IMG/VR virus record: IMGVR_UViG_3300037785_000025
Location: 1 to 30,056 of that record
Direction: 5' to 3' (one strand)
DNA from: a virus
Taxonomy: Duplodnaviria; Caudoviricetes
Length of the DNA: 30,056 nucleotides
A program made the translations under genes and the position numbers. The first letter of the stretch is position 1; each line of letters begins with the position of its first letter. A model generated the notes under the pieces. It saw nothing but the letters and a program-made list of their open reading frames with translations, made no database searches and was not told the DNA's origin. Shown here one piece after another: positions 1 through 8,840 of this stretch.

Positions 1-25
1 GTAGTGACCACGGACCAAAGCCTGG
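1..25. repeat. 25-bp terminal overlap identical to 30032-30056 (circular assembly junction)
   Basis: GTAGTGACCACGGACCAAAGCCTGG at both ends; an ORF reads in frame across the join. Confidence 0.95.
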
Positions 26-183
26 CCAGACTTAGCCTTGACTTGCATGCCTGTGGAGTCAGCGAACACCTCTAGTTCGTTGAGAGCGCCAGTTTTGACA
101 CCCTCTCCAATGTTGCGGGCCCATTGTGAGAACTGTGTTTCAGAGGTGTCTATGTTCTCAAAAGGCCATGATGACTGTGCCAT
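1..183 (-). CDS. 5' part of a junction-spanning minor tail protein (continues at 29273-30056; 313 aa in total)
   Basis: ATG at 183 gives MAQSSWPFENIDTSETQFSQWARNIGEGVKTGALNELEVFADSTGMQVKAKSGQALVRGHY, in frame with ORF 29273..30049; starts 3 nt after the stop of the 187..1764 gene. Confidence 0.9.
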   Translation of the reverse strand, partial: MAQSSWPFENIDTSETQFSQWARNIGEGVKTGALNELEVFADSTGMQVKAKSGQALVRGHY

Positions 184-186
184 GTA

Positions 187-1764
187 TTATCCCTCTATTT
201 CGTAAGTGCCAGAAATGTCAAAGTGGTCATCCACCGTTAGTGTCTTTGGAGCGTTGTGTTCAAATGCTTGCATGAGCCCGTTAGACCCAAGGTAAAAAAG
301 TTTCATCACATTTGAATCAGCATCTACCTGACCAAGCATCAGGTAAAAATCATTAGCGCTGAAATCCTCTAGGTGACCGCTTGAAAACACATAATCTGTT
401 TTTGCTGGGTAGGGCAAGGTTAGGTAATACTGCCCTGTTCCAAAATCTGTCACATTGTCAAAGTCCACATTTATAGTGAAATGAACCAGGTTACCAATGC
501 GGTTGAATGTGCCAATGATGTCATCAGGGTCAAAGATAGGTGGTGTGCCACCAATGGTCCCACCCTCAACTATGTAGCCTGTGTTGATGCCGTAACCGCT
601 GTTAGACCGCTCTAGGTTGCTAATGCGGTCCTCATGGTTCTGTTGCTTTGCCAGCACCTTAGACTCAAACTCTATGCCAACTGGAGTGCCAACTGTAGCG
701 CCAACCCTCACGCCATCTGCGGCAATCTGAATTCCAACCTCAGTCACCACAGCGGTGGTCTCTATCTGGTTAGCCACCACGGTTACACGGTCACCCAAAT
801 TCCAGTCAGTGCCATAAATCATGGTCTGGTCATCTGATGGGGTTACGCTCATCTCAGTGATGGTCTTACCCAGGTCCACTAGCAATTCATCACCAGCGGT
901 GTTTAGGGCATCAGTGTCCTCTGACTGGCGGGCATCCTTGAACACCTCAATGCGGCGGTTCCAAGCCACCTCAGCATTTAGTGAATCAGCGTTAGAGCGC
1001 TCTATAAAGATTCTGTTTTCAGCCTCACCACGGCCTGCCACAATGGCTCTGGTGACCTTGGCTGTGCCATAGCTGTAAGTGGAGCTAGACAGCTTTCTGT
1101 TCTGGATGTCCATTCTCACCAGTTCACTGCGGTCCAGTGGCTGATACATGGAAAACACTAGAGTGCCGTTTTGCTGTGTGACCTTGTAGCCAAGCTCTCC
1201 AACCTGGGCTAGGTCATAAATCAAATCCTGAATCTGGTTGAACCTGGCTGTGGCCGCTAGCGTAGTTCCCCTGGCGGCATCTGCCTCAATGTTTAGGTAA
1301 GGAATTGTGCGCTCAGCTGGAGCACTTGGGCCCATGTTGACATCAATGTATTGCTTGATGACAGTCTCAGCTGGTCCAGTCCTGATGTCATAGCCGCTGG
1401 TTTGTGCCGTCACATCTGCGGTTGATGGAGTTGGGTAAGCTAGGCGCTCTGACAAAATGATGTCATCACTGGAGCCCTCAATGAGCCAGGTTCCATCAGT
1501 GTTGTCCTGGGTCTGCTCTAGCTTGGCTGTCAGCGTAGGCCCAGAGATGAGCACCTGGTCTCCAGGACCAGTTACCACAATGCCATAGCCAGGAAGTCTT
1601 AGGAACTCGCCTAGGCGGTTGTTATAGGGGACTGTTACTGACCAGGTTCCCACATTGTTGTAGCGCACCACAAATGTAGCGCCCACTAGGTCTTGGACAG
1701 GGATAACGCCAATGCGGTCTAGTGACCTGTCTCTGACCTCAACAACTAAGTCCTCAACCCGCAT
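187..1764 (-). CDS. Minor tail / baseplate hub protein (ReqiPepy6 gp37-like) with a C-terminal putative receptor-binding beta domain
   Basis: 525 aa directly after Dit; RYNNVGTW, TRAIVAGRGE and DWNLGDRVTV motifs typical of actinophage hub proteins; coiled-coil linker (HEDRISNLER) before the C-terminal domain. Confidence 0.75.
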   Translation of the reverse strand: MRVEDLVVEVRDRSLDRIGVIPVQDLVGATFVVRYNNVGTWSVTVPYNNRLGEFLRLPGYGIVVTGPGDQVLISGPTLTAKLEQTQDNTDGTWLIEGSSDDIILSERLAYPTPSTADVTAQTSGYDIRTGPAETVIKQYIDVNMGPSAPAERTIPYLNIEADAARGTTLAATARFNQIQDLIYDLAQVGELGYKVTQQNGTLVFSMYQPLDRSELVRMDIQNRKLSSSTYSYGTAKVTRAIVAGRGEAENRIFIERSNADSLNAEVAWNRRIEVFKDARQSEDTDALNTAGDELLVDLGKTITEMSVTPSDDQTMIYGTDWNLGDRVTVVANQIETTAVVTEVGIQIAADGVRVGATVGTPVGIEFESKVLAKQQNHEDRISNLERSNSGYGINTGYIVEGGTIGGTPPIFDPDDIIGTFNRIGNLVHFTINVDFDNVTDFGTGQYYLTLPYPAKTDYVFSSGHLEDFSANDFYLMLGQVDADSNVMKLFYLGSNGLMQAFEHNAPKTLTVDDHFDISGTYEIEG

Positions 1765-2618
1765 TAGTGAACTACCTCATAGAGCGGTGAGTAATCCAGG
1801 CGAACCTCAGCGGCCTGGGTTGCGGCCACACCGTTCACAGAGATAGAGCTCACACCTGGTTCAATTCTGAATAGCTTTGGAGCTGGGCCCAGGATGCTGT
1901 AGCGGTTAGTGCCAAGGTCATCAGTCACCTGTCCAGTTGCTGTGTTGACTGTGATGGTTTCACCATCTGCCACGCTCTCAACAAAACTAAAGCTCTGAGT
2001 GCCGTTGCTAATCTCAACATCAGAGATAGGGCCACGGATAAACCAGGTTGGGTAGGCTGGCACATCTCCCTCATTGTCCACGGTGATAACACCATAGACC
2101 TGGGAGCTGGTTACTTTTAGCTTGCTTAGCTCTGGCAATAGGCCACGCCCAGTGTTGCCCGTGGTGACTCTAAATTCCTCTAGGGCATCTGACTCCCAGT
2201 AAGGGTTAGGGCACTGGAAAGACAGCACCCACTTATTCCATACCAGGCCAGCATCTGTTCCCCACTGACTCTCAGCGCCGCCCACATAATGAGCCTCTAG
2301 GGTCAGAGACTCGCCACTGGAGTAGGTAGCTTTGATAGTGGTTGGGCCAGAGGTGTCCTGGAGCAAGCGACTCAGGCGGCGTAGCTTGGTCTGAACATCA
2401 TTGCGGTCAGTCCCAAGAACTGTGATTGGTAGGTCCACATCTCTAACCCCACGCTTGCTGTGTCTCCAGACACCGCCATCACCAGCACTGTTCTCAATTC
2501 TTACCTGAGCTGGCGGGATGCCAAAGCCCACAAAGTTTTGGTTTAGAACATAGGTGGAGTAGTCAAAGCTAATCTCATCACCGTTAGCGCCAACTAATGA
2601 ATAGTTCACATTTACCAA
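1764..2618 (-). CDS. Distal tail protein (Dit)
   Basis: 284 aa after the tape measure gene; RDVDLPITV, FQCPNPYW and DNEGDVPAYP motifs of siphophage Dit. Confidence 0.75.
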   Translation of the reverse strand: MVNVNYSLVGANGDEISFDYSTYVLNQNFVGFGIPPAQVRIENSAGDGGVWRHSKRGVRDVDLPITVLGTDRNDVQTKLRRLSRLLQDTSGPTTIKATYSSGESLTLEAHYVGGAESQWGTDAGLVWNKWVLSFQCPNPYWESDALEEFRVTTGNTGRGLLPELSKLKVTSSQVYGVITVDNEGDVPAYPTWFIRGPISDVEISNGTQSFSFVESVADGETITVNTATGQVTDDLGTNRYSILGPAPKLFRIEPGVSSISVNGVAATQAAEVRLDYSPLYEVVH

Positions 2619-5137
2619 TTAGCTACCACCTTAGCTCGCCTCATAGCCTGGAACAGGGCCTGCTCATTATCTAGTGACTGGTTTGGAGCGGCATAGTAAT
2701 TCATGGTCTTACCCTTGCCATCCATGCCCATCATACTTTCAAATCTGTTTAGCGGGATGACTACCTCAGGCCCAGCCTCACCAATCAGTGCCGCTGTTGG
2801 TCCTGTAACCAGGCCGCCATCTGCAAAGGGTGTAAGCCCCTTTTGAGCAACCTGGTCATTTAGGCTATCAATTACATCTGTCAATTCCTCAACGGACTTG
2901 TCTAGTTTTGGCAAAGCCTCAAACCCAGGACCCAGGACCTTTTCTAGTGCTTCCTCTGTCAGCCCTGGACTAACAACAGTTTGCATGCCAGTCTTGGGGT
3001 TGTAATAAGTTTCCTGTGGTAATAGTGCATCAAAAACTTGCTGTAATGAGCCGCCAAAGGCCTGTTGGGCCACATTGCTATACCCAGCCCGCTCTAAAGC
3101 ATTTAGGGTGTCAGTAATTTTACCAGTGTCAAACATTCCACCAGCCCTGGTGGGCGCTAGACTTTCGACACCATAGCCGCTGTAAGACTGAACTAGCTTG
3201 CCAGCCTCATCAAATTTGGCAAAGAATCCCTCTACTTCATCAGCCATCTTACGGGCCTGAGCCACTGTCAGTTCAAAGGCTTCCTCCATGCCCTGAGTGA
3301 GCATGCTAGGAATGTTGGTAATGATTTCAAAGGTAGATGTGAAATCCTCCACGGCGGCCTTAGCGGCACTGGTAGCGGCGTTACCCATCTTAGTAGCGGC
3401 TGTAACTACAGCCTCAGTCTCATCCTCAATGCCCTGGGCCACGCCCTGGCTTACCATCATTCCATAAGGAATCATCACCCTGGCTGGGGAGTTGATGCCC
3501 ATGAAATCTTTGAACCCGTTGACAATGTTGCTACCCAGGCTAGAGACAGCTTCGCCAATTAGGCGTGGAGCGTTGTCAAAAATGCCCTTGGCAACGCCAA
3601 CAACAATCTGCTTACCAGCCTCAATAATCTTGGGGATGTTCTCAATGAGGGTGTCCACAATGACTGGGATAAGGTCAAAGACCGCATCAATGATGACAGG
3701 CGTTGCCTCAATGATTCCCTCAGCAATACCAGCAAACAGCTCCATAGCCGCATCAATAAGCTCTGGGAGCATGTCTAGCAATGTGCTAGTAATCTTTGGG
3801 AGCAACTCAATGACAGCATCAATGAGGTCTGGAGTAATCTCAATCAACGCATCAACAATGGCGTTGAATAGCGCAATAGCACCATCAAGTAGGTCTGGAA
3901 TCATCTCAACCAGAGTCTCCACCAGCTGAGGTAGCAAAGTCACTACTAGGTCAAGCAACTGCCTGATAATAATGGTCCATTGCTCCAGCAATCTTGGGAG
4001 CATGGTGTTCATGAAAAAGTCAACTAGCTGTGGCAGGAACTCCATAAAGGCTTCAAGGATGCCAGGCACGGCCTCCAGCACAGCATTGAAAATTGTTTCT
4101 CTATAACCAGCTAGGGTCTCAAAGGCATCTGTCAGGCCGCCGCCCTCAAAGAATGAGCGAATCTTGGCGGTAATCCTGTCTAGGACTCCATCAAAGTCCA
4201 GGTAGCCAGAGGTGAACTGCCCAACCAGGCGGCGCACATTCTGAGCCGCATTGTCCAGGACTGGGACCAGGTGAGTGTTTACAAAGTCTGCAATCTTGGG
4301 GAAGATAGTGTCAGCCAGGGGAACCAAGGTGCTGACAAAGGTTGCCATGACTGGGGCAAGGTTCTCACCAATTTGTGCCTGGAGCCCGCTGAAATTAGCC
4401 TGGAGGATTCTCTGTGAGTTGGCCAGACCATCAGAGGTGTTAGCAAAGTCACCCTGTGTCTTAGCTGTGCTTTCCAGCAAAAGGCCGTAACGGGCCTGGA
4501 CTTTCTCAGTCTCAGTAAGTGCTTCACCCACAGAGGCAATGCCAGCCCTGTAGGCATAGGCGCTAACCTCTGAATCAAGTAGGTTGATACCAAAGCGCTT
4601 TAGCGGCTCAGCTTCACCCGATAGACCAGACTGGAATACCTGGAGCGCCTCAGACACATCAATGTTGAATACAGAGGCAAAGTCAGCGGCCCTGGTAGTG
4701 ATGTCATCAACAAAGCCAGCAACATTGCCGCCCTGCCCAACCACACGCTCAGCAAAGGCGCTGAACCTAACAGCGGCGGCGTTGAAATCCGTAGTGCTTA
4801 GACCTAGCCTGGAGGCTACATCTCCACCAAGCGCCAAGACCTCATCAGCAAACTCACCGTAGGAAACATTGACAGCGTTGATGGACTCGCCAAGGTCAGA
4901 GGCCTTTTCAATGGAATCAGCAAAGAATTTACCAACACCCACTGCGGCCAGTGCGCCACCAACAGCCACTGCCAGGCCTTTGAGCGGCCCTGCAAAGCCT
5001 TTGGAGAATGTCTTACCCGTCTTTTCCCCAGCGGTCTTACCAACGCCCTTAGCCCCGCCAAGTTCCTTGGCTACAGCTGACTGGAATCCCTTGGCTACAG
5101 GGATGAGTGTCACATAGGCGTAGGCTTGTTCTGCCAT
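2612..5137 (-). CDS. Tape measure protein
   Basis: 841 aa Ala/Gly-rich; AYVTLIP N-terminus, SGEAEPLKRFGI motif, 11-residue Pro-periodic repeats (LPQLVETLVEM IPDLLDGAIAL...), GINSPARVM and FADGGLVTGPT..IGEAGPE motifs; follows the tail chaperones. Confidence 0.93.
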   Translation of the reverse strand: MAEQAYAYVTLIPVAKGFQSAVAKELGGAKGVGKTAGEKTGKTFSKGFAGPLKGLAVAVGGALAAVGVGKFFADSIEKASDLGESINAVNVSYGEFADEVLALGGDVASRLGLSTTDFNAAAVRFSAFAERVVGQGGNVAGFVDDITTRAADFASVFNIDVSEALQVFQSGLSGEAEPLKRFGINLLDSEVSAYAYRAGIASVGEALTETEKVQARYGLLLESTAKTQGDFANTSDGLANSQRILQANFSGLQAQIGENLAPVMATFVSTLVPLADTIFPKIADFVNTHLVPVLDNAAQNVRRLVGQFTSGYLDFDGVLDRITAKIRSFFEGGGLTDAFETLAGYRETIFNAVLEAVPGILEAFMEFLPQLVDFFMNTMLPRLLEQWTIIIRQLLDLVVTLLPQLVETLVEMIPDLLDGAIALFNAIVDALIEITPDLIDAVIELLPKITSTLLDMLPELIDAAMELFAGIAEGIIEATPVIIDAVFDLIPVIVDTLIENIPKIIEAGKQIVVGVAKGIFDNAPRLIGEAVSSLGSNIVNGFKDFMGINSPARVMIPYGMMVSQGVAQGIEDETEAVVTAATKMGNAATSAAKAAVEDFTSTFEIITNIPSMLTQGMEEAFELTVAQARKMADEVEGFFAKFDEAGKLVQSYSGYGVESLAPTRAGGMFDTGKITDTLNALERAGYSNVAQQAFGGSLQQVFDALLPQETYYNPKTGMQTVVSPGLTEEALEKVLGPGFEALPKLDKSVEELTDVIDSLNDQVAQKGLTPFADGGLVTGPTAALIGEAGPEVVIPLNRFESMMGMDGKGKTMNYYAAPNQSLDNEQALFQAMRRAKVVANW

Positions 5138-5508
5138 TCAATGTCTCCATCTTTAGCTTTTCTCAGGATAGCTTTAGCATCCCTGCGGGTTCTGCCCAGT
5201 CTTTGGGAGTTGGGGTCACCCCACGGCCTTGGCCATGCTTTGGGTTTCCTCTTAGAGTTGACCTGAGCAAGCAAGTCATAGGTTGCGGCGGCTATTGTCC
5301 AGTCATAGCTAATGGGGTGTTGCCACTCGCTTTTGGCTGTCTGTAGCCAGCTGGTAGGGTCCCTCAACAGGACAGCTACCAGGCTGACCACTTCATCCCA
5401 GGGAACCGTATTCCCCAGGGAGTCCAGGCCTAAACCAAACCTGGCTCTGAAATCATAAGTAAATGCGGGCTTATAGTCCTCTAGGATTTGGAGGACTGCA
5501 ATGATTCC
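5110..5508 (-). CDS. Tail assembly chaperone, -1 frameshift extension (gpGT-like)
   Basis: -1 frame ORF (GIIAVLQILEDYK...) overlapping the end of the chaperone gene at a slippery site, directly before the tape measure gene. Confidence 0.85.
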   Translation of the reverse strand, partial: GIIAVLQILEDYKPAFTYDFRARFGLGLDSLGNTVPWDEVVSLVAVLLRDPTSWLQTAKSEWQHPISYDWTIAAATYDLLAQVNSKRKPKAWPRPWGDPNSQRLGRTRRDAKAILRKAKDGDIEWQNKPTPM

Positions 5509-5732
5509 CCCAGTGGGGCTCCCTGTGTCCATCCATTCATGGCCTCTGTGAACTCTGACAGGCTCATGCTGTCAATCACTGCCATGCCTTTTTCATCTAG
5601 GACTGTCTCCAACATAAACCACATCTGCTCATCTACATCCATTTTGCGGGCTTTGCGAATCACGCCCACTGGGAGATTAGTAAATGCTGGGAGGGTAACT
5701 TTCTTACCCTTGTGTTCAATTGTGTAATTCAT
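5481..5732 (-). CDS. Tail assembly chaperone (gpG-like), 83 aa
   Basis: Likely start MNYTIEHK at 5732 after a purine-rich RBS; lies between the major tail and tape measure genes and ends GAPLGES. Confidence 0.85.
   Translation of the reverse strand: MNYTIEHKGKKVTLPAFTNLPVGVIRKARKMDVDEQMWFMLETVLDEKGMAVIDSMSLSEFTEAMNGWTQGAPLGESLQSSKS
5505..5511 (-). promoter_or_regulatory. -1 programmed ribosomal frameshift site G GGG GAA
   Basis: CTG GGG GAA in the chaperone frame; a -1 slip enters the 5110 frame exactly. Confidence 0.85.
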
Positions 5733-5753
5733 TACGGCTCTTTTCTTTGCGGT

Positions 5754-5826
5754 TTGCGGCGGGAGTGGGCCACTAGGACCCACCCCCTATTTTACCTGGA
5801 GAGCCGCCGCAATTTGACTCTCCAGG
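5754..5826 (-). promoter_or_regulatory. Two-hairpin RNA element with a possible pseudoknot between the major tail and chaperone genes
   Basis: Stem CCTGGAGAG/CTCTCCAGG (5795-5826); 11-bp stem at 5761-5787; loop TTGCGGCGG complementary to downstream CCGCCGCAA. Confidence 0.55.
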
Positions 5827-5832
5827 AAGTTA

Positions 5833-6366
5833 CTAAGCCTCTAGGGTGCTGAACCACTTAGTGAAACTGGTTGAGCCAGTGTCAGCATAAGCGGTAATGG
5901 TTACTTGGTAACCAACTGCCTCACCTGAGGCTAGAGTGCGGGTTCCAACAGAGGTGATTTCACCAGCTGGAATGTAAATGCGCTCCACGCTGGAACCATC
6001 TACAACATCAATTACAAATGACTGGCGGCCACCTGTGCTGGTTGGGTCAATGTTGAACTCACCAGAGCTGTTAGCGGTTCCATAGTAAAGCTCTAGGACT
6101 GCCTCATTGGTCTCAATGAAAGTCATGTCCACAGAGTAGGTTCCCTCTGAGGTGACCTCACGGACTAGGGAGCCGTTCTGCCATGCACGGATTTGGTTTG
6201 TGGTGCGGTCAATGTTCTCAGTGATTCCATCAGCTGATACATAGCCCAGGTCCACAAAGGCCGCATCCAAAGCTGAGCTGGAGGTGGTTGGTCCTGTAGT
6301 TCCTGTTGGGGCTACATAGACTGCACCAGTCACCGCAACTCTTACATTGTCTGAATCTAATGCCAT
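5833..6366 (-). CDS. Major tail protein
   Basis: 177 aa; VRVAVTGAVYVAP, DLGYVSADG and IRAWQNG motifs of actinophage major tail proteins; position before the chaperones. Confidence 0.9.
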   Translation of the reverse strand: MALDSDNVRVAVTGAVYVAPTGTTGPTTSSSALDAAFVDLGYVSADGITENIDRTTNQIRAWQNGSLVREVTSEGTYSVDMTFIETNEAVLELYYGTANSSGEFNIDPTSTGGRQSFVIDVVDGSSVERIYIPAGEITSVGTRTLASGEAVGYQVTITAYADTGSTSFTKWFSTLEA

Positions 6367-6386
6367 TATTATTCCTAACTAATTAG

Positions 6387-6770
6387 TTAGAGGTTTGACC
6401 CTCTATGGGTTACAGCGAAACGCATAAATCTGCGCTCGCCTTTTAGGTCTGTCACATCCTGGATGGAGGACTGAACAGAGGTTGCCACAATGGGGTTTCC
6501 ATCTGGCAAGTCATCAAAAATTGCTTCCACCATCAGAGCCAATCCCTCTGCGGCGGCGTAGCTTGCTTCATAAATGTTCACACCAATTACTGAGCTCATA
6601 AGGGTCTTGCTGTCTCTGCTGCCGCCGTCACGGCGAATAATCACCTGTGAGGCGCTGTCATCTGCCTTGATACCAACTCTGGTGCTTGTGTAGCCCTGAG
6701 CATCTAGCTCAGTGTTTAGGCGGCTAACTAGGTGCGCCATAATGTCGCTAAAAATTACGGCATCAGCCAT
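6387..6770 (-). CDS. Tail terminator protein
   Basis: 127 aa immediately before the major tail gene; VIIRRDGG motif. Confidence 0.7.
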   Translation of the reverse strand: MADAVIFSDIMAHLVSRLNTELDAQGYTSTRVGIKADDSASQVIIRRDGGSRDSKTLMSSVIGVNIYEASYAAAEGLALMVEAIFDDLPDGNPIVATSVQSSIQDVTDLKGERRFMRFAVTHRGSNL

Positions 6771-7069
6771 TAGTCACCTCTCTTTGGTTTGCGGGTCTTT
6801 ACCTGAGTGCCACGCTCTCCACCTGCCAAGTCAAGTGCCCTTGACAAATCTCCAGTGTTAGCTTCCTCATAGTCTGAGCCCCTGAGCACCTTGACCCTTA
6901 CACGGGTTGGTGACTTGGAGACCTCTAGCTCACTGCCAGGCAAAGCCGCCTGGACTTTTCTCATACGCTTTTCCAGCATTTTACCCAGGTCATCAGAGCG
7001 CAATAGCTCTCTCATGCCTTTGAAATTTAGTTTGACTTCACCCTGCCCCCCAGGGATTCTGCTAGCCAT
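6770..7069 (-). CDS. Neck / tail completion protein
   Basis: 99 aa; VKLNFKGMRELLRS and LSRALD motifs; synteny. Confidence 0.6.
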   Translation of the reverse strand: MASRIPGGQGEVKLNFKGMRELLRSDDLGKMLEKRMRKVQAALPGSELEVSKSPTRVRVKVLRGSDYEEANTGDLSRALDLAGGERGTQVKTRKPKRGD

Positions 7070-7382
7070 TGACTTCCCTCTGTAGGTCTATCACCGTTCC
7101 TGGTGTCCAGGCTCCAAATGGGTTGCGCCAGTCAAAGGGCTCTCCATCTAGGACATAGCGCTCACCACGGACAACAAAGATGTCATCATTTTGAATGTCT
7201 GTGTCTGGCGGCAAGTAAACAGTTAGCCCTGAGGTCACTGTTATCTCAGCGGCTCCCACGGTCTTAGAGCCTGTCCTAGCCGCTACCTTGGCCTCTAGGG
7301 TTGTCTCAGTAGTGACAATGATTGGCTCACCGTAGGCATCAGTCCCGCTGGAACTTTGTCGGATTTGGGTAATTGATTCCAT
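7062..7382 (-). CDS. Head-to-tail stopper
   Basis: DAYGEP, LTVYLP, DIFVVRGERYVLDGEP..W motifs; start MESITQ at 7382 (alternative 7391). Confidence 0.75.
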   Translation of the reverse strand: MESITQIRQSSSGTDAYGEPIIVTTETTLEAKVAARTGSKTVGAAEITVTSGLTVYLPPDTDIQNDDIFVVRGERYVLDGEPFDWRNPFGAWTPGTVIDLQREVNG

Positions 7383-7941
7383 AGTTGCCATTTCCCATGA
7401 TAGATGTGGAGCGGAAAGAAAGGCCACGGTAGTAATCTGCCACCTTGACCTCAGCGGGGCTCATCATTACCTGAGCTCCAACGGCCCATGAGGCGTAGGA
7501 CTGACTGAATGGACCAACAGCTTGCTGTTGAACTCCAGCCGCCGCATCAGGGCTGATTGAAAGGGTCCTGGCAACCATGCCAGCTACAACTGCCACAACA
7601 TCATCAGGGATGTCAGCTGAGCCGTGCTCATAGTTGACAACTACCCCTCTAAAGTCACCCAGGTCATAAAGGCTCTGGCGGCCATCCCAGGTGTAGTCAA
7701 TGTCCACGCCGTCAATGTCTCTGACATAACCAATGGAGATAACTGGGCGCTGAACCAATCGGACAACGCCATCCCTAGGGAATAGGCGAACAGTGGACTC
7801 TGCCACCTCAAACTTTTGGACAGCTCTCTGGACAAACAGCGCTGTGGCATCAGCCAGGTAGGCGTTAGCTTTGCTGGTTTCTGCAACAGTCAGACTGCGC
7901 CCCAGGCGGGCCTCTACATCTGAAATTGTGGCTAGTGCCAT
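7339..7941 (-). CDS. Head-to-tail adaptor
   Basis: 200 aa after the capsid gene; LATISDVEARLGR and QQAVGPFSQSY motifs. Confidence 0.8.
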   Translation of the reverse strand: MALATISDVEARLGRSLTVAETSKANAYLADATALFVQRAVQKFEVAESTVRLFPRDGVVRLVQRPVISIGYVRDIDGVDIDYTWDGRQSLYDLGDFRGVVVNYEHGSADIPDDVVAVVAGMVARTLSISPDAAAGVQQQAVGPFSQSYASWAVGAQVMMSPAEVKVADYYRGLSFRSTSIMGNGNYGINYPNPTKFQRD

Positions 7942-7972
7942 CAGGACCTCTCTTTGAAAAACTTAGTGTGTG

Positions 7973-8004
7973 GCCAGGGGGCCAGCGTTAGCCAGCCCCC
8001 CAGC
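7973..8004 (-). terminator. GC-rich hairpin after the major capsid gene (terminator or mRNA stabiliser)
   Basis: GCTGGGGGGCTGGC-TAAC-GCTGGCCCCCTGGC, 14 bp including G-U pairs on the - strand; no immediate U tract. Confidence 0.6.
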
Positions 8005-8015
8005 GGTTAGCCTAT

Positions 8016-8825
8016 TTAGGCAGATACATACTTTACGACAGCCTCAGACTTGACAACCTTTGCGCCGTAAACATTGAGACCACGCACAATGTCAGCGAAC
8101 TTAGTTGGGTTGCGTAGGCTCTCTACATTCTCAACCTGGTTGACAAATGCAACCATGTCCTGGTGGTAACCAATAGCGGCTGGGTCAGTCTGACCAGTCA
8201 GCGGGCTCTCAATTACATCCATGCCGTAGAGACGGAGGATAGCGCCGTCACGGAGCTCTGAGCTGGAGCCAGCGGTGCTGACATCAGACAGGTCCTGGAG
8301 TAGTAGGTCAGCAAACTCTGGGTTTACTACAATGAAACGGCCATTGGCTGGAACCTTGTTCTGTGCCATGGTCTTGCGGATTTCACGGACAGCGGTCTTT
8401 GCCTCAGCGGCGGTGTCAACCACTACAGAGCCAGTGTTTGCATCACTAGCACCAGCGAACATCTGGGTTAGGACATACTCCTCAGCATCCTCAGCTAGGG
8501 CACGGCCAGCGGCCTCAGTCCAAGCGTTGAACTCACCTGCGGCCTGAACACGGTCAACATCATCAACATTTACAGAAAATGCTTTTTCCTGGTTGATGAG
8601 TAGCTGAACCTCAGTGTCTGCCAGCGCCTCAGCCGTAATGGTGCGGCCTGCGGCGGCGTAGTCGGTGATGGTTGGGGTTGTTGCGTTGATGATGTGGACA
8701 GTGTTGCCACGGGTTGCCTCACCTGAATACTGAGTGTTCAGGGTTGGGATAACAACCTGGTTAGCAATGAAAGACTGGGTAACACCAGCCGCCCACACCT
8801 CTGGGATGAAATTATCAATCGCCAT
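8016..8825 (-). CDS. Major capsid protein (HK97 fold, P22-coat-like actinophage type)
   Basis: 269 aa; NFIPEVWA, GNTVHI, VDDVDRVQ, GRFIVVNP and DIVRGLNVYGAKVV motifs; follows the scaffold gene. Confidence 0.92.
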   Translation of the reverse strand: MAIDNFIPEVWAAGVTQSFIANQVVIPTLNTQYSGEATRGNTVHIINATTPTITDYAAAGRTITAEALADTEVQLLINQEKAFSVNVDDVDRVQAAGEFNAWTEAAGRALAEDAEEYVLTQMFAGASDANTGSVVVDTAAEAKTAVREIRKTMAQNKVPANGRFIVVNPEFADLLLQDLSDVSTAGSSSELRDGAILRLYGMDVIESPLTGQTDPAAIGYHQDMVAFVNQVENVESLRNPTKFADIVRGLNVYGAKVVKSEAVVKYVSA

Positions 8826-8840
8826 GTTTTATCTTCTCTC

